From positions 68,051,130 through 68,115,129 of the forward strand of contig NC_092375.1 of the NCBI RefSeq assembly GCF_030028105.1: 64,000 bases of DNA. Reading direction: 5' to 3'. Positions 48,634 through 62,391 of this stretch are shown here, piece by piece. The first letter of the stretch is position 1. Each line of letters opens with the position of its first letter. The translations under genes were made by a program, and so were the position numbers. Under the pieces are notes generated by a model. The model searched no databases. It saw only the letters and a list, made by a program, of their open reading frames with translations, and was not told where the DNA came from. The DNA comes from Mobula birostris (taxonomy: Eukaryota).

Positions 48634-49011
48634 TACTCTTTGGAGAGAAGGAGGATGAGAGGAGACATGATAGAGGTGTACAAGATAATAAGAGGAATAG
48701 ATAGAGTGGATAGCCAGCACCTCTTCCCCAGGGCACCACTGCTCAATACAAGAGGACATGGCTTTAAGGTAAGGGGTGGGAAGTTCAAGGGGGATATTAG
48801 AGGAAGGTTTTTTACTCAGAGAGTGGTTGGTGCGTGGAATGCACTGCCTGAGTCAGTGGTGGAGGCAGATACACTAGTGAAGTTTAAGAGACTACTAGAC
48901 AGGTATATGGAGGAATCTAAGGTGGGGGCTTATATGGGAGGCAGGGTTTGAGGGTGGGCACAACATTGTGGGCTGAAGGGCCTGTACTGTGCTGTACTAT
49001 TTTATGTTCTA
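48634..49011 (+). mobile_element. Young CR1 3' fragment (same subfamily as copy A)
   Basis: Near-identical to 39625-39995; ORF ERRRMRGDMIEVYKI...GAYMGGRV. Confidence 0.92.
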
Positions 49012-49815
49012 TTAAATGATCCATCTGCAAGAATTACTACGTGTGCATGTACAATATCCTCAAGGTAGCTGTAATTGTGCCTGCCACAGGAAATTTTCAC
49101 AGAAACTTTTCCCAGATACACAAGTGAATCACAGGCCTGCACTAGCCATATGGCAAACACCAAAAGGGCCAGAGATCTCAAGGGATGGTGGGCTCATCTT
49201 TGTGAGAAAAAATATATGACGTAGCAAATGGCAAAATACCAAGCATTCAATCCATTTCAAATAACTACACCCTTTCATTATATCTGGATTTTATGTGTTT
49301 TACATAACATGCTGTGTTGCTAAATCACACAAAGCCTTGTCTTTTGACAAGACTCTGTGTGAGATTTGCTGAATAGTCTAATTGACTTGGTACTGGATAA
49401 CGCAAGTTAACATGCATTCTTCTCTTGAACAAGAATAAAATTTATCAGAAATTTAAAATTAAAGTCTTCTGCTACAAAAACAAGGACTTTGGTTTTTAAA
49501 ATCAATTTGTTTGCTTTAAAATCTGAAGAAAGCATTAGAGATTTGGTACAAAGTCAATTTAATTGGCTGAGTTGTTTTACTGTTGGTTTGATCTGTTTTT
49601 CATTTTATGTTGGCTATAAAAAATGTGAATCCATCTTTTGTGGAAACCATTCAATTTCACATGAGATTGATCAAGAACTGCTGTAAAGTGTACAACATCA
49701 AAATTAACAACTAAAACTCACTGTCCACTTAAAGAATTCATCGACTAATAAACAAATCAATGTTTTTAAAGAATTATCAAAAAATTAAACAGAGTTACTT
49801 TATAAAGTCACCTAC

Positions 49816-49913
49816 CACTTCAGGACAATAAGCAGCCAAGACAGCTGCCAGCACCAAACCATCCAACAAATCTAAATCAAAATTAATTATCCAGCGTATT
49901 GGTGGGACACCAC
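49816..49913 (-). CDS. CFAP47: CFAP47 internal coding exon (CH-like domain)
   Basis: aaatag|GT GGT GTC...GAA GTG|gtaggt; 98 nt, phase 1 to 0; GVPPIRWIINFDLDLLDGLVLAAVLAAYCPEV (calponin-homology-like NFDxDLxDGLV...AYCP). Confidence 0.92.
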
Positions 49914-49973
49914 CTATTTAAAAGAAGAGAATAAAGATAAACCAATCATGTCAAAATAAAAAAAATAAAGGTA

Positions 49974-50239
49974 CAAGATTCAAGATTGCTTAAATTCATC
50001 TCCTGTACAAAGGTGTAAAGGAGAACAAAATAATTGTTACTCCAGATGTGATGCAGCACAAAAAAAGAAAGATCAAGGATATAATAATAATAATTAATAA
50101 TAATAAATGAGTCTGGTGATTCTGGCATGGATGCTAAGTAGTCTCCTTCCTGTTGGGAGTAGGACAAACAGTTTATCAGTAGGGTGGGTGGGATCCCTCA
50201 TGATGTTACTGGCCCTTTCCTGGCACCTTTCTGTGTGTA

Positions 50240-50278
<39 letters not shown>

Positions 50279-50870
50279 CTATCCTTGTTGGTGGGTAGGC
50301 TGGTACAGGTGATTACGTTGGCCAGTTTTCCTGTCCACCACAGTGTAGTTTCCATATCAAGCAGTGATGCATCTCGTTAGGATATTCTCTACTGCATATC
50401 TGTAGAATGACGTGAGTGTGGATGTACAAAGTCTAGCTCTCTTCAGCCTTCTCAGAAAGTTAAGGTGTTAATGATTAGGATGTGTTCTGGGACCATGAGA
50501 GGTTGTATGTGATGCTCACTCCCAGGAGTTTGAAACTGCTTGCAGTTTCCACAGCTGTGTTGCCATTGTAAAGGAGGGGTGAATGATTTAAGTTCTCCTG
50601 AAGTCGACAGCCGTATCCTTTGTCTTGTTGACATTAAGGAAGAGGTTATTTGTCGGGTATCAAAATCAAGCTTTTCCACTTCCTCTCTGTGCACCATCTC
50701 ATCGTCATTGGTGATGAGCCCCACAGCTGTCATATCATCAGGGAACTTGACAATGGGATTGCTTTCATGCTTGGCTAGGTAGTCATGAGTGAGCAGGTTG
50801 TACTGCATTGGGCTCAGCACACAGCCCTGGGGGGGCACCTGTGTTGAGGGTGATGGGGTGGAAGGAGTGG
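49974..50870 (-). mobile_element. Rex1/Babar-type LINE fragment
   Basis: ORF 50452..50838 PQGCVLSP...VKFPDDMTAVGLI; tail caagattcaagatt at 49974. Confidence 0.75.
50232..50278. repeat. Compound (TG)n(TA)n microsatellite
   Basis: tgtgtgtatgtgtgtgtgtgtatatata... Confidence 0.95.
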
Positions 50871-52669
50871 TTGTGCATCATGACTGTTGTAGAGCAGTTC
50901 TGTTGGCAAGCATATTGGTAATTTGCACCTTAGCAAAAGGCACCCAATATTGTAACTTACAACATCATTTAAAGTTGGCCTGTACCACATAAAGCTACCT
51001 GCACCTCTTGAAAGGAGCTGAGTGACTCTAAGAAATGGGGATTAGTGAGCAGAGCAGCGACTGCAATTTGGTCAAAACGACAGTGTGTTAAGTGGAAGAA
51101 AGTCGGCTTTGCTCCTTTACATTACTCCAAATGAAACTTCTGTGGTGCAGATGAGGAGCAGTAGTGAGATCAATCTGCAGGACTGGTTTAGCGACCCTCC
51201 TGTGGATGGGAGAGATATCTCAAGAGGTAAATGGAAAGAGGCAAGCAACAAAGATTGAAAAGAATTTAAAGACATTATATGTATTTCTCAGGGTCAGTGC
51301 TTATGTTTTCCAAAAACAAAATGCTGGAAGAACTCAGAAGGTTAGGCAGCACCTATAGATCAAAAGGATAGTCAACATTTCAAGTTGAGATTCTCAATCA
51401 GAACTGCGTGTAGAGGGAAGACTACTAGTGTAAAGAGGTGAAGGGGAGGGATGAGGCAACAGTTAGCAGGTGATAGTTGGACCCAGGTCAGGAAGGGAAT
51501 GATGTGCAGATGACGGGGAAGAAAGGGCGAAAGAAGGGTGGAGTAAGAAATTAATGACGTGGAGACAAGCACTACAGATATTGGAGTCTGATAAATAAGG
51601 GAGGTAACAAGTGGATCCACAAGAACAAACCCACATGATTCTTCCCCATTAAAAAAGTCACTTTTACACATTAGCTCAGTGAAAATACTTTGTGAAGCCC
51701 AAGTGCTCAGTAGGGGGGCATTCATTCGGCTCTCCTCTACGCACAGGAGTGAATCTTGGAAATCATTAGGATTGGTAACAACAAATGTTACCTATCTGAA
51801 ATAAAACAAAAAGTGTTGGAAAGACGTGGCACGTCTACTAACATCGGTGAAGGAAAAAATAGAGTTAATATTTCAAGCTAGTGCATTGTTGACTATTTCA
51901 GACATATTTTGTTTTATTCCTGGGAAATGTGTTTTGCTAAATGGTAACCAGTGATTTTAACCCAGGAAATAAATACAGTCAGATTCAGCAAAGTCAACTA
52001 TGTAACATGTTCTTTATGATATCCATCTTATGGTTCTTTATGGATATCTTCTGTTAAAACATAGTCTAAACACAGCTGGTTCTTCCAGAGTAAAACTTTA
52101 ATTGACAAGTCATTTGATTATTCGTCAACAATTTAACAGTGGAAAAATAGAAAACAACAACAGCCCAACATAAACATTAAGAAAAACAAATTTTTTATCA
52201 AAGAATGCCATATTGCATGAGTAGGGAAAATCATCACTATCATCAAACCAAAGGCCTCTAAGTCCTGATCTTAAAAGTACTGCCTACTTCAAGACACTGA
52301 ATTTTCACTGAGTAAGTTTAATTTATATGTGTAGATAAAAGAAACAAAGTTCAGTTTAGTATTGCATATTAATGCACCATTATAGAATTACATTGTTATG
52401 GTGGGAAGTGTGGATTACATTCCTAGAAAATGGGATGCATCATGATTTTCTGTAATGTGATGTTCTGTCTGCACATCAAGAAACAAGAATTTCAATAAAA
52501 TACATGCTGTGATGATTTATTTATTTCTTTTCCACATATATTCCAAGAGAGCAAATTTGGTTCTCTATTTCATATTTTAGGTAGTAACTTATCAATTCTG
52601 TTGCAACAAATTTCTGAACAGCCATAATGCAGGGTAGCCTCAATTTATACATGCAAATTTATGGCTTTA

Positions 52670-54258
52670 CAGGTGTCCCCCGCTTTTCGAACGTTCGCTT
52701 TACGAAACCTCACTGTTACAAAAGACCTACATTAGTACCCTGTTTTTGCTTTCAGAAAGTGTTTACACTGTTACGAAAAAATTTCAGCACGCAAAAAAAT
52801 CAGCGCGCGATAAAAGGCAACGCGCGCCCCAAGCAGCCACTCTCCCCAGATTCAGAACGGCATTGCTTAAACACATGCCTGTGAGCAGCCATTTGCAAGA
52901 TGAGTTCTATGGTGTCGGAAAAGCCTGAAAGAGCTCGTAAGGGTGTTACACTTGGCGTTAAAACTAGACATAATTAAGCGTTTCAATCGTGGTGAATGAA
53001 GCAAGGACAACATGAGTTTGGCTTGTGGAGGTTGACGAAGATGATGTTGAAGAGGTTTTGGCATCCCACAACCAAGAACTGATAGAAGAAGAGCTGATGC
53101 AATTGCAAGTGGAAAGGATAACAATCGAAACCGAATGAGTAATGATAAAGTACGACTTTAATTTTGAAAGGGTACGTAGGTTTAGGGGATATTTGCAAGA
53201 TGGTTTGAGTCCTTACAAAGAACTGTATGATAGAAAAATGCGCGAGGCTCAGCAGTCAAGCAAGCCTTCCACATCAGCCACAGCAGACAACGAACCTCGA
53301 CCTTCGACACCGAGGCGGGCAGTCATAGGAGAAGATGAGTTGCCTGCTCTAATGGAAATAGCCAACGAGATGGCACCCCAGTGTCCCACCACCCCAACAC
53401 CCAGTCCGTGGACAGATACTGTACCGATTCGCGGAGAATACAGCAGTAGCCGGGAGGCACACAGCACATCTTTAAGAAAAAAGCCAAAATAAACATGCTA
53501 GTTAATTAGGTGCCACCGACACGTAATTGTCGGCCCAGATCAGAGGCGATGCAATTGGCAGTCGGCACTGATCTGGGCCGACAATTACGTGCCGGGCAGC
53601 ACCTAATTAATTAGCATGTTTATTTCAGCTTTTTTCTTAAAGATGTGCTGGGTGCCTGCCGGCCACCACTGCATCCCTGCATGCTTCACGGCAATGTATT
53701 GGTTGGTGGCCCGGAGGGTGGGGGCCACTGCACCACCCAACCTGCAACGACTCAGCCTAACACACCATCATCAGTGTGCTCAGTGCTGTCTTCCCAATTC
53801 CTGCAAGTGATACTACACTGTACGTACATTATTTCTACTTTATATCGGCTATGTATTTTTACGTGTTATTTGGTATGATTTGGCAGCTTCATTGCTTAAA
53901 GGTTACTGGAGAGCGCTTGCGCTGTGCTCTTGCCAACAGCGCTTGCGTGAGATTTTCTGCCCACAGCGCTTGCGTGAGATTTTTGCTACGGAGAACAGTT
54001 CAGCAATGACTGTGGAAAAGTATTTCTACTTTATATAGGCTGTGTATTTATCATATCATTCCTGCTTTTACTATGTGTTACTGTTATTTTAGGTTTTATG
54101 TGTTATTTGGCATGATTTGGTAGGTTATTTTTGGGTCTGCGAACACTCACAAAATTTTCCCATAAAAATAAATGGTAATTGCTTCTTCATTTTACGACAT
54201 TTCGGCTTACGAACCGTTTCATAGGAACACTCTACCTTCGGATGGCAGGGGAAACCTG
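52670..54258 (+). mobile_element. Internally deleted Tigger/pogo-type DNA transposon
   Basis: TA|CAGGTGTCCCC...GGGGAAACCTG|TA; N-terminal HTH-like RKGVTLGVKLDIIKRFNRGE and C-terminal EVDEDDVEEVLASHNQEL remnants; no DDE core seen. Confidence 0.85.
53379..53730. mobile_element. Palindromic hAT-type MITE nested in the Tigger element (same family as 11249-11863)
   Basis: cagtg...ggggccactg termini; about 100-bp inverted arms ctttaagaaaaaagccaaaataaaca..taattaggtgcc..ggcccagatcag; flanks tggcaccc and caccaccc (imperfect TSD). Confidence 0.75.
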
Positions 54259-55319
54259 TACTTGCAATGATAATGAACAATTTCGCACATCTAGTCATTA
54301 TTATACTTAAGTTTATTGTCAAGGCAGATCATAAAATGAATTAATATAGGTTGCTGGTTAACACAGTCCAGATAGTTTTGGAAGTAAATACCTCCAGATA
54401 TTATATGTTTTCAGAGGAACCTCCTGCCAGTGTCTTTTTTAAATAACTATCAAATTGGTTACTGATAGGCTTCTACTAATTATAGCAACAGTGTAAAGCT
54501 TTGCTTTCTTGATTTCTTTAAAGTTACTGAACACTATAGGAAACTTCGGAGTAGTGATCATATACTTTCTCCTGTCTTCAAGGCTTATGCACAAACCAGC
54601 TGTTCTCATTTACTACAGTAGACATTCCTCTTAGAATGCCTGACATGACTGGAAGAATAACTAGAGGTCATACTTCAGAAGACAATGAGTCAGAAGACAA
54701 AAAGGAATTGGGAGGAATATTCTCAACAGGTCCATCAGATCCATCCAGTGTTCAAGGAGCAATTCACCAATAAATTCATAGTACAGAAGAATAAAAATAC
54801 AAAACAAATATAAATCAAAGAATGCCATATTACAGAGAAACTTGAACTAATCACATATATACATTTCCTTTGTATCTACCCTTTCCAAATATACTCATGC
54901 TGACTTTTAGTGAACAAGGTGTAGATGCCTTTGGCCATGACCATCACCAGCCTGGATCTGGAAAGCCCAGCTTTGCACTACATCATTTTATTGTGGTTAC
55001 ACTAGAATGGGATAACCAGGTGGCCAATGTCAAGGCCACTAGCAGAGCAGCAGGGTTAGAAAGAAGACAGTAGCTCTGAGCTCTGAGTTATGACTATACT
55101 CGTGGGCAGAAATTCGATTCTACCAGTCTGTGGACAGAGATTATTTGACTGCTCAAACACTCTACAAGACAAGTTGAACACTGGTTCTATCAACCATACA
55201 GCTATTAAGTCATAGAGTCATAGGAGAACTCAACCTACCTAGTCTGTACTAATCAGCAACCACACTTACACTCATCTTAAATAAATCACCATATTCCCAT
55301 CAATTCTCCCAAATTCCAG

Positions 55320-55460
55320 TACACTTTGGGACAATTTACAATGATCAGTTAACCTGCACATCTTTTGGCTATGCAAGGAAACTGGATTACCCAGAGGAAA
55401 CTCATATGGGCACAAATAGAAGAGCAAACTCCACACAAGAGGTCAGAATTGAACCTGGTC
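55320..55460 (-). mobile_element. V-SINE/HE1-like SINE fragment
   Basis: Reverse complement of the V-domain (tgtgtggagtttgc...tttcctctgggt..tccagtttcct..ca..ccaaa). Confidence 0.6.
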
Positions 55461-56609
55461 ACCGAGGCTTCCAGTAACTGATCTGAGCCACATAGCTGCA
55501 AGCTATGCAAAGGTCTGGCCATGATTTAAATTTTAAGTTGTTTCTATGTGTATTTCACTGAAAGCTCAGATATCAGTCTTCATATCATGAATCAGGATTG
55601 ATTCTACAAAAAATGCTGATAGGGTGGAACTCATCTTCGAAGTTAGAAGTAACAGGGTTCAAAACAGTATAGCAAATTCATGCTGAAGTCCTTAATGCTC
55701 TTTAAGACTGCATTCAGGCTTTCTGGCAAGCATACCAATGCATTAATCATAGCAGTGTGTATACCCAATAGTCTCTTCCTGTAGGCCAACCCTATCAAGT
55801 GTTGGTCACAGTCCCCAAAATCAGAGCCTATGTAATGAACTTTTGTGATCACAGCCTTCTTGCCCCTCAATCTGTTACTGTCTCATCAATTCATGGCTAG
55901 GTAACAGTTCCTTCAAAAGAAAGACAGCATGACATAGGGTTCAGATGAGAGATAGTCATGTAGCGTAAAAATAAGATACGTATACTTTCACAGTCAGCAT
56001 CTTCAAAACTACAAGAAATTGTTGATTAGAGTGAAATGCAATGTGAGAAAGAGGATTAGCTATAAGGTAATGCCATCTTCTATCAAATCAATCTGCTTGT
56101 GAGTCCCAGCAATGAACGTCCCATGATGGCCAGCATGCTTTCCTCTGTAGAGGTTAGAAAATTTTGTTTAGTGGTTCAATGTTTTCAGCTCTAACTGTGT
56201 GCCATTCACTCTGCTCAAGAGAGTCGAGAGCAACATGAGTCATACTATGTGTTTCAATGTATAAAGTAGGCATAAGCTATAGGATTGAATGAATAAAGAT
56301 AGGTGAGTCTATGAATGTACAATATCAGTCCTAATTGTTTAATGAGTGTGTGGTGAATTGAGAAAGTGTGAAGGCTAATGGTCCATTTAGTAGACTATGA
56401 CATATGCAGATATATTCACTAACTATGAACAGAAGTATGAGATCACTGAACTTCTCAAGGTACAGCTTTTGGATCTTTAGAGCTTGAACCTGCATTTACC
56501 ACCATGATTATCAACTGTCATCTAGAAAGTCAGTGTATATTAATCCATTTAACTTGTGTGGATTGACCACATCGCTTTGCCCTTCCCCTTCCTTCATGAA
56601 TATCATTGA

Positions 56610-58312
56610 TGAAGGATGAAATACGTCAATAAACTTCCTACCTACATCAGTGACACTTGGCACGTTCTTGATCTTTTCAATGATTTCAATCCCCAGCCCC
56701 AATCATCTTATTTTCCTATGGATGTCCAGTCCCAATACACCATCAGGAAGGCCTCAAAGCTCTCCATTTGTTTCTGGACAGCAGGCCCAACTAGTTCCCC
56801 TCCAACACCACTCTCCTCCGTCTGGCAGAACTTGTCCTCACTCTCAGTAGTTTCTCCTTCGGCTCCTCCCATTTCCTTCAAACAAAAGGTGTAGCCATGG
56901 GCACTCGCTGTTTCTGCACCCATGCAGAGCTCGTCAACTTCATCAACTTACCCTCCAACTTCCACCGTGCCTCAAATTTACCTGATCCATTTCTGACACC
57001 TCCCTCCCTTTTGTCGATCTCTCTGTCTCTACCTCTGGAGCCAGCTTAACTACTGATGTCTGTTATAAACCCACTGACTCTCACAGCTACCTGGACTATA
57101 TCACTTCCCACCCCGTTACTTGTAAAAATGCCATCCCCTTCTCTCAATTCCTCCATCTCCGCTGCATCTGTTCACAGGATGAGGCTTTTCATTCCAGAAT
57201 GACAGAGATGTCCTCCTTCTTCAAAGAAAGGGGCTTCCCTTCCTCCACCATCAATGCTGCCCTCAACCGCATCTCTTCCATTCCATGCATGTATGCCCTC
57301 ACCCCATCCTCCCACCACCCCACCAGGGATTGGGTTCCTCTTGTCCTCATCTACCACCCCATAAGTCTCAGCATCTAGCATATAATTCTCTGTAACCCAC
57401 CATCTCTAACAGGATCCCATCACCAAGTACGACTTCCCACTTTCTGCTTTCCACAGGGATCGCTCCCTAAGCAACTCTGCCCATTTGTCCCTCTCCACTT
57501 ATCTCCCTCCTGGCACTTATCCATGTAAGCAGAACAAGTTGCTACACCTGCCCCTACACCTCCTCCCTCACTACGATTCAGGACCCCAAACAGTCCTTCC
57601 AGGTGAAGTGACACTTCACTTGTGAGTCTGTTGTGGTCATCTACTGTATCCAGAGTTTCCATTGTGGCTCCCTATATATCAGTGCTTCACCGAGCACCTA
57701 TGCTCTGTCTGCCAGAAAAAGCAGGATCCCCCAATGGCCACTCATTTTAATTCCACTTCCCATTCCCATTCCATCATGTCAGTCCATGACCTCCTCTACT
57801 GTCGCAATGAGGCCACACTCAGGTTGAAGGAGCAACACCTTATATTCCGTTACGGTAGCCTCCAACCTGATGGTGTGAACATCGATTTCTCAAACTTCCA
57901 GTAATACCCCCATCTCCTTCACTATTCCCATTCCCCATTCCCATTTCCCTCTCTCATCTGATCTCCTTATCTGCCCATCAACTCCCTCTGGTGCTGTTTC
58001 CACTTTTCTTTCTCCCATAGCCTTCTGTCCTCTTCTATCAGATTCCCCCAGCCCTGTATTTCTTTCACCAATCAACTTCCCAGCTCTTTACTTCACCTCT
58101 CCCCTCTCCCAGGTTCACCTATCAACTTGTGTTTCTTCCTCCCCTCCCCCCACTTTCTTACTCTTCATCTTTTTATCTCCAGCCCTGATGAAGGGTCTTG
58201 GGCCAAAATGTTGACTGTACTCTTTTCCATAGATGCTGCCTGGCCTGCTAAGTTCCTCCAGCATTTTGAGTGTGTTGCTTAGATTTCCAGTATCTGTAGC
58301 TTTTCTCTTGTT
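56610..58312 (+). mobile_element. Degenerate Penelope-like element (RT remnants, GIY-YIG, decayed hammerhead tail)
   Basis: LPTYI.DT, MDVQS.YT, AELVLTL, QTKGVAMGT, YKPTDSHSYLDY, IPFSQFL, EQHLIFR.GSLQPDG; ctgatgaagggtcttgggccaaaatgtt at 58185. Confidence 0.88.
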
Positions 58313-58714
58313 ATTAAACCACTCATATTTTGTGTTCTTAATATCACTATCCATGTCACAATGTGTTATGTAATGACTTCTCCCAGCTGCTGGTGCTATA
58401 GTGCAGCATTAAGGGGTATAAAATGACTATAAATCATGCAGGTTAGCTATTATTGCTGCTCAGCACTTAGAAAAGTTAAAGGGTGCTTTTCATGTTATTA
58501 GGCCCTGACATGGTGTGCAGCCATTCAGTGTAGTCAGAATTGAGTGTATGCTTCAATCATGGCAATTGACAGGCAGCATGAAGGTGATGTGCTGCTTGCT
58601 TCAGAAACAATGGCATACGTTAATTTCACAATGCTCATTTTCAGTAATGAACCAATTTTACCTCCAATTATTTTAATTTACATTCTAAAGGCAAAAGAAT
58701 CACTTAACAGTTAC

Positions 58715-58913
58715 CTTTCTTGCAGCATTTCCACACAGTACTTTTCATGGATTCATAGTGAAAGTTGAGCCATATCAACAGGGCACGCTCACCAGTGGAA
58801 TATATATTGCTGGAAAGGGGATCAGCATTTATTCTTGGTAAGTTTTCCATGCTGCTTTGACTGCCCAGTATATTGTTGACATCCTTCAGTGTCAACCGAG
58901 AAAGAACAAAAAC
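58715..58913 (-). CDS. CFAP47: CFAP47 internal coding exon
   Basis: ttcttag|GTT TTT...AAG AAA G|gtaact; 199 nt, phase 0 to 1; VFVLSRL...DPLSSNIYSTGERALLIWLNFHYESMKSTVWKCCKK (SNIYS-x-xERxLLxWxNxxYE motif). Confidence 0.92.
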
Positions 58914-59521
58914 CTAAGAAACAATAAATCGTCTTTGTTAAAACTATATAATCCTTTTTACAGCAAACGTGTGCATCAAAGAAAATAAAGCATAATCATC
59001 TAGCAGTTAATTTACAATTGACTCTTTTACATCTGATGAGTGTAATAGCCCCAAAGTACCAGTTTGAAACATCCACTCTCTTCTCTCCACCCATAGTTTG
59101 ATGTGTATCAATTAACCTCATGTAATGATGTCTCTTCTGCTGCTAACCACTTTAACCTATTTCTTTTCACAAACTTCAGCAAAACATCTAAAGAAAAATG
59201 CTCCAACATTTCAAATAATGAAGCATTTAGGTGTTTCCAGAGAAACTGATGTAGACACTTAGTCTATCAACTGAATTCAATTAATTACCTCTAATCTTAT
59301 TCAATAATGTCATATGCAAATAATATTGTCTAGAATTTGCAGAAAGGCTATTGCCTTTAAATAAAGTCATAATGCCTGTTCTAAACGTACAAAAGGTTAT
59401 TCATTTAATCAAACAAACCATTAAAAGATGCTAATGTGCTGATCTGTTTTATTATAACATTAGAAAATTCACTATGTTAAATTTTGCATGTATAAACCAT
59501 AATGTATTTGAATCATTTTAC

Positions 59522-59617
59522 CTTGTAAATTTGAAGCAACACATCACACCATGAACGTTTGCTTATTGATTCAAAGACGCTATCATCCAGTTCAAAAATG
59601 TCAGCACTTTCAGGGTT
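59522..59617 (-). CDS. CFAP47: CFAP47 internal coding exon
   Basis: ttttcag|AAC CCT...TAC AAG|gtaaaa; 96 nt, phase 0 to 0; NPESADIFELDDSVFESISKRSWCDVLLQIYK (CFAP47 SKRAWTDVxLQIYK motif). Confidence 0.9.
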
Positions 59618-62391
59618 CTGAAAACAATGCTGAAAAGGTGACATATAATTTTGATGCCATGTTATTTTAAGGTGTTTTTTAAGTACAAATCCATGCATTA
59701 TTGCAACTTTGAATGATGGATTTAATCTAGTTATCAGTGTTTTAAGAAATATGGACTGAACAGGTAATCATACCTATTATACAATGCAAGATATACAACC
59801 ACTATTACACTATTACGTATTATTTATTCTAAAACTAACTTAGAGTAGCATTACAAATATATTTTCTCCCATTCATAACAAGAAGCATTTTCAGGAAAAA
59901 CCAAAAACCTGAAATCAACCAAAGGCTAGACTCAGCAGTTCCAATCGTAGTAATATCTCTACGATAGGATTTTTAAAAAAAATAATCTGATCAAAATAAC
60001 CTTCTCTGCAGAGTTTTCTCCTTTATTGATACTAGTCTCTTTTGCAACAGAAACGAATGACATTGTTATTGATACTCAAAACTGTGATGGTGCTTCATTT
60101 TTCCAAAACTTTTGCTATTTTTAATGCAACATGGGAGATGGACATTAGACAAATGCCCCAATGTCCAAATAGAATTATTACTCCAAATATATAACAAATA
60201 GAGTGATTTATCTTTCCTCCTCTAACTGTACATTAGGATAAATAAAGGGTTCCATGAAAGTTGTTAAAAATGATCAAACAAATTTGTTTCAATTATATGT
60301 ACAATTAAATGGCAATCAAAAACTACATCAGAGACCTACACTTCTCCCGTATGAATACCTGTCAACTCCTCTTCAAGTTTTCCATACCAAGTGTCCTCAT
60401 TTAACAGTTAGTTCTAAGAGTCCTTTAAATGTAAATAAATCAGAACTGATGAACTTAACTGAATAATTTGTGATGTATGGCTGTTCGGTGTCTATTGATT
60501 ACGTGTTATAAATGCCCAGTTGTGTCCCACTTTGACAAGTAAAGTATCTGCACATTGAGGGTGCGAGTTGCACGAATTACTGTATTGGAAATCAAACTGA
60601 GACATCATAAGCCGCTGCTTCATAGAACACTGCAGTGCAAGTAGATGATGACATCAATTACAAAATTTGCTGATTTAATATCAGTCGTATCACATTGATC
60701 TCCTAATGCAATTAACATGTTTGACAAATGTGGAAAACCAAACAAGCAGGAAAAGGAAGGACCACCCACCTAGGTGTTTGGAAAGATTCATCATTACCTG
60801 GAGATTAAGAATGCTGCTGATGTCTAGAGAATAATAATATTTACATGGAGTGTTAGCCCAGAAGATGAAGGACTTGTGTTGAGTTCAAGGTTTCACAAAA
60901 TTCATTAGTTAAAGTTAGATGCCTCAACAATCATTCCTCTTTATCAACTATGATGACAAGTAGAAAATATACTGCACTAAATAACACTGTTTTCAAGAAG
61001 AGGGAGGAGCAGAGGGTAAATGGGTTCTTAGCAGAATAATTAATCCATCGGGGATCTTCCAGCGGAAATCTCTTATGACTACCTTGGTAGAATATTATAG
61101 AGATCCTGACTGAAATATGAAATATATTCCCAATTCAACAAACACTTGATCATCTGCATATCAGGCTTCCTCCAGGAAAGACCTGGATAGATCTGTAACC
61201 TAACCCAGCTTTCTGTGCACTGCTACATTAGGAACAGTGTGTTGTGTTCCTTATTCCAAGAGAGCTGAATATACTGTATCTCTTTCTCCTTGGCAAGAAA
61301 TAAGCTGGTAGAACAAAAATATAGGTTTGACAGGATTGGAGGCATCCCATTGGTACACAATACTTTAGCTTGCAAGTGTATTACTTTAATAGTGTTTGGT
61401 ATCAACTCATGTGCCAGCACCGGAAGACGTGCATTCTAGAATGCCAAGTTAGTGTCTTCATATACACAGAGCATAATTCTGATCAATACGCAACATTTAA
61501 GATTCAATTATGAAACTTTTGTTGCAACTGCTATACAACCTGAAGATTCCAAGCATCCATGTCTATCACTTTTCACAGAATTTCTGATTTCACTCTACAA
61601 CTCGCACACACAATGACACTATGCTTCCACTGAAAGCCATGTTGCAACACCCAATGCAATCAACCAAATCACTAAAATTCATAATAGCCCACAGTACTCT
61701 GCACAGAAGAACAATTAAGGGTTTGGTCATCCCATGATCATATTACTGTGGAGCAGCACTTGAATTGCATACTGCCTGCAACAGCTTGGGTGGCTATGGG
61801 TTAATCACTTAACACTAAACCTGTTTTTCAGCACCACCTGATTCAACTCTCTTTACTCAGAACAAATAAGTGTGATATTGAATTCAGATTTAGAGTGGGT
61901 GTTCAAAATGTTCGGTAGATGAATGTGCAGAATTGGGTTAAATGTGCAGTAAAAATCATCAATGTTTAAGATTGTGTTATGTCTTTGTGTTAGTCTAAAA
62001 TTTGTGATTATTACATCTTTTAGGAAATAAGAGTGCTAAATGCAATGCACCACTAAAGGTATATAAACTGACTGATAACAATTAATAATAGGTGAGAGTA
62101 TTTGTATAATTGATACATGTCATTAAAATATGCAATACTTAGTGTGCCAATTAATAGTAAAACACACAAAATATAAATGTGCATCAGTGCTCAATATTCA
62201 AGGAAGCCATATAATTAAGGGGAAATATTAACCTTTCTTAATACCACACCACCAAGAATCAGGAAATCAAATATTTTCTTTGGATGAAGAGTTGTCCAAA
62301 TGCTTGTTTTACAGCTTGAATAAAAATTCTCTGAGGTGGAACAAAATGTTCCTCATAAATTTAACATATGTTTGAGTAATAAGATTCATAC

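Noticed and set aside
58185-58217. Active hammerhead in the plus-strand PLE
   Set aside because: Core GAAAC-GUC has decayed to AAAAU-GUU, so it is probably inactive; recorded only as part of the element.
60798-60823. Possible small exon between the first two CFAP47 exons
   Set aside because: 26 nt would shift the frame; the flanking exons already join in phase 0.
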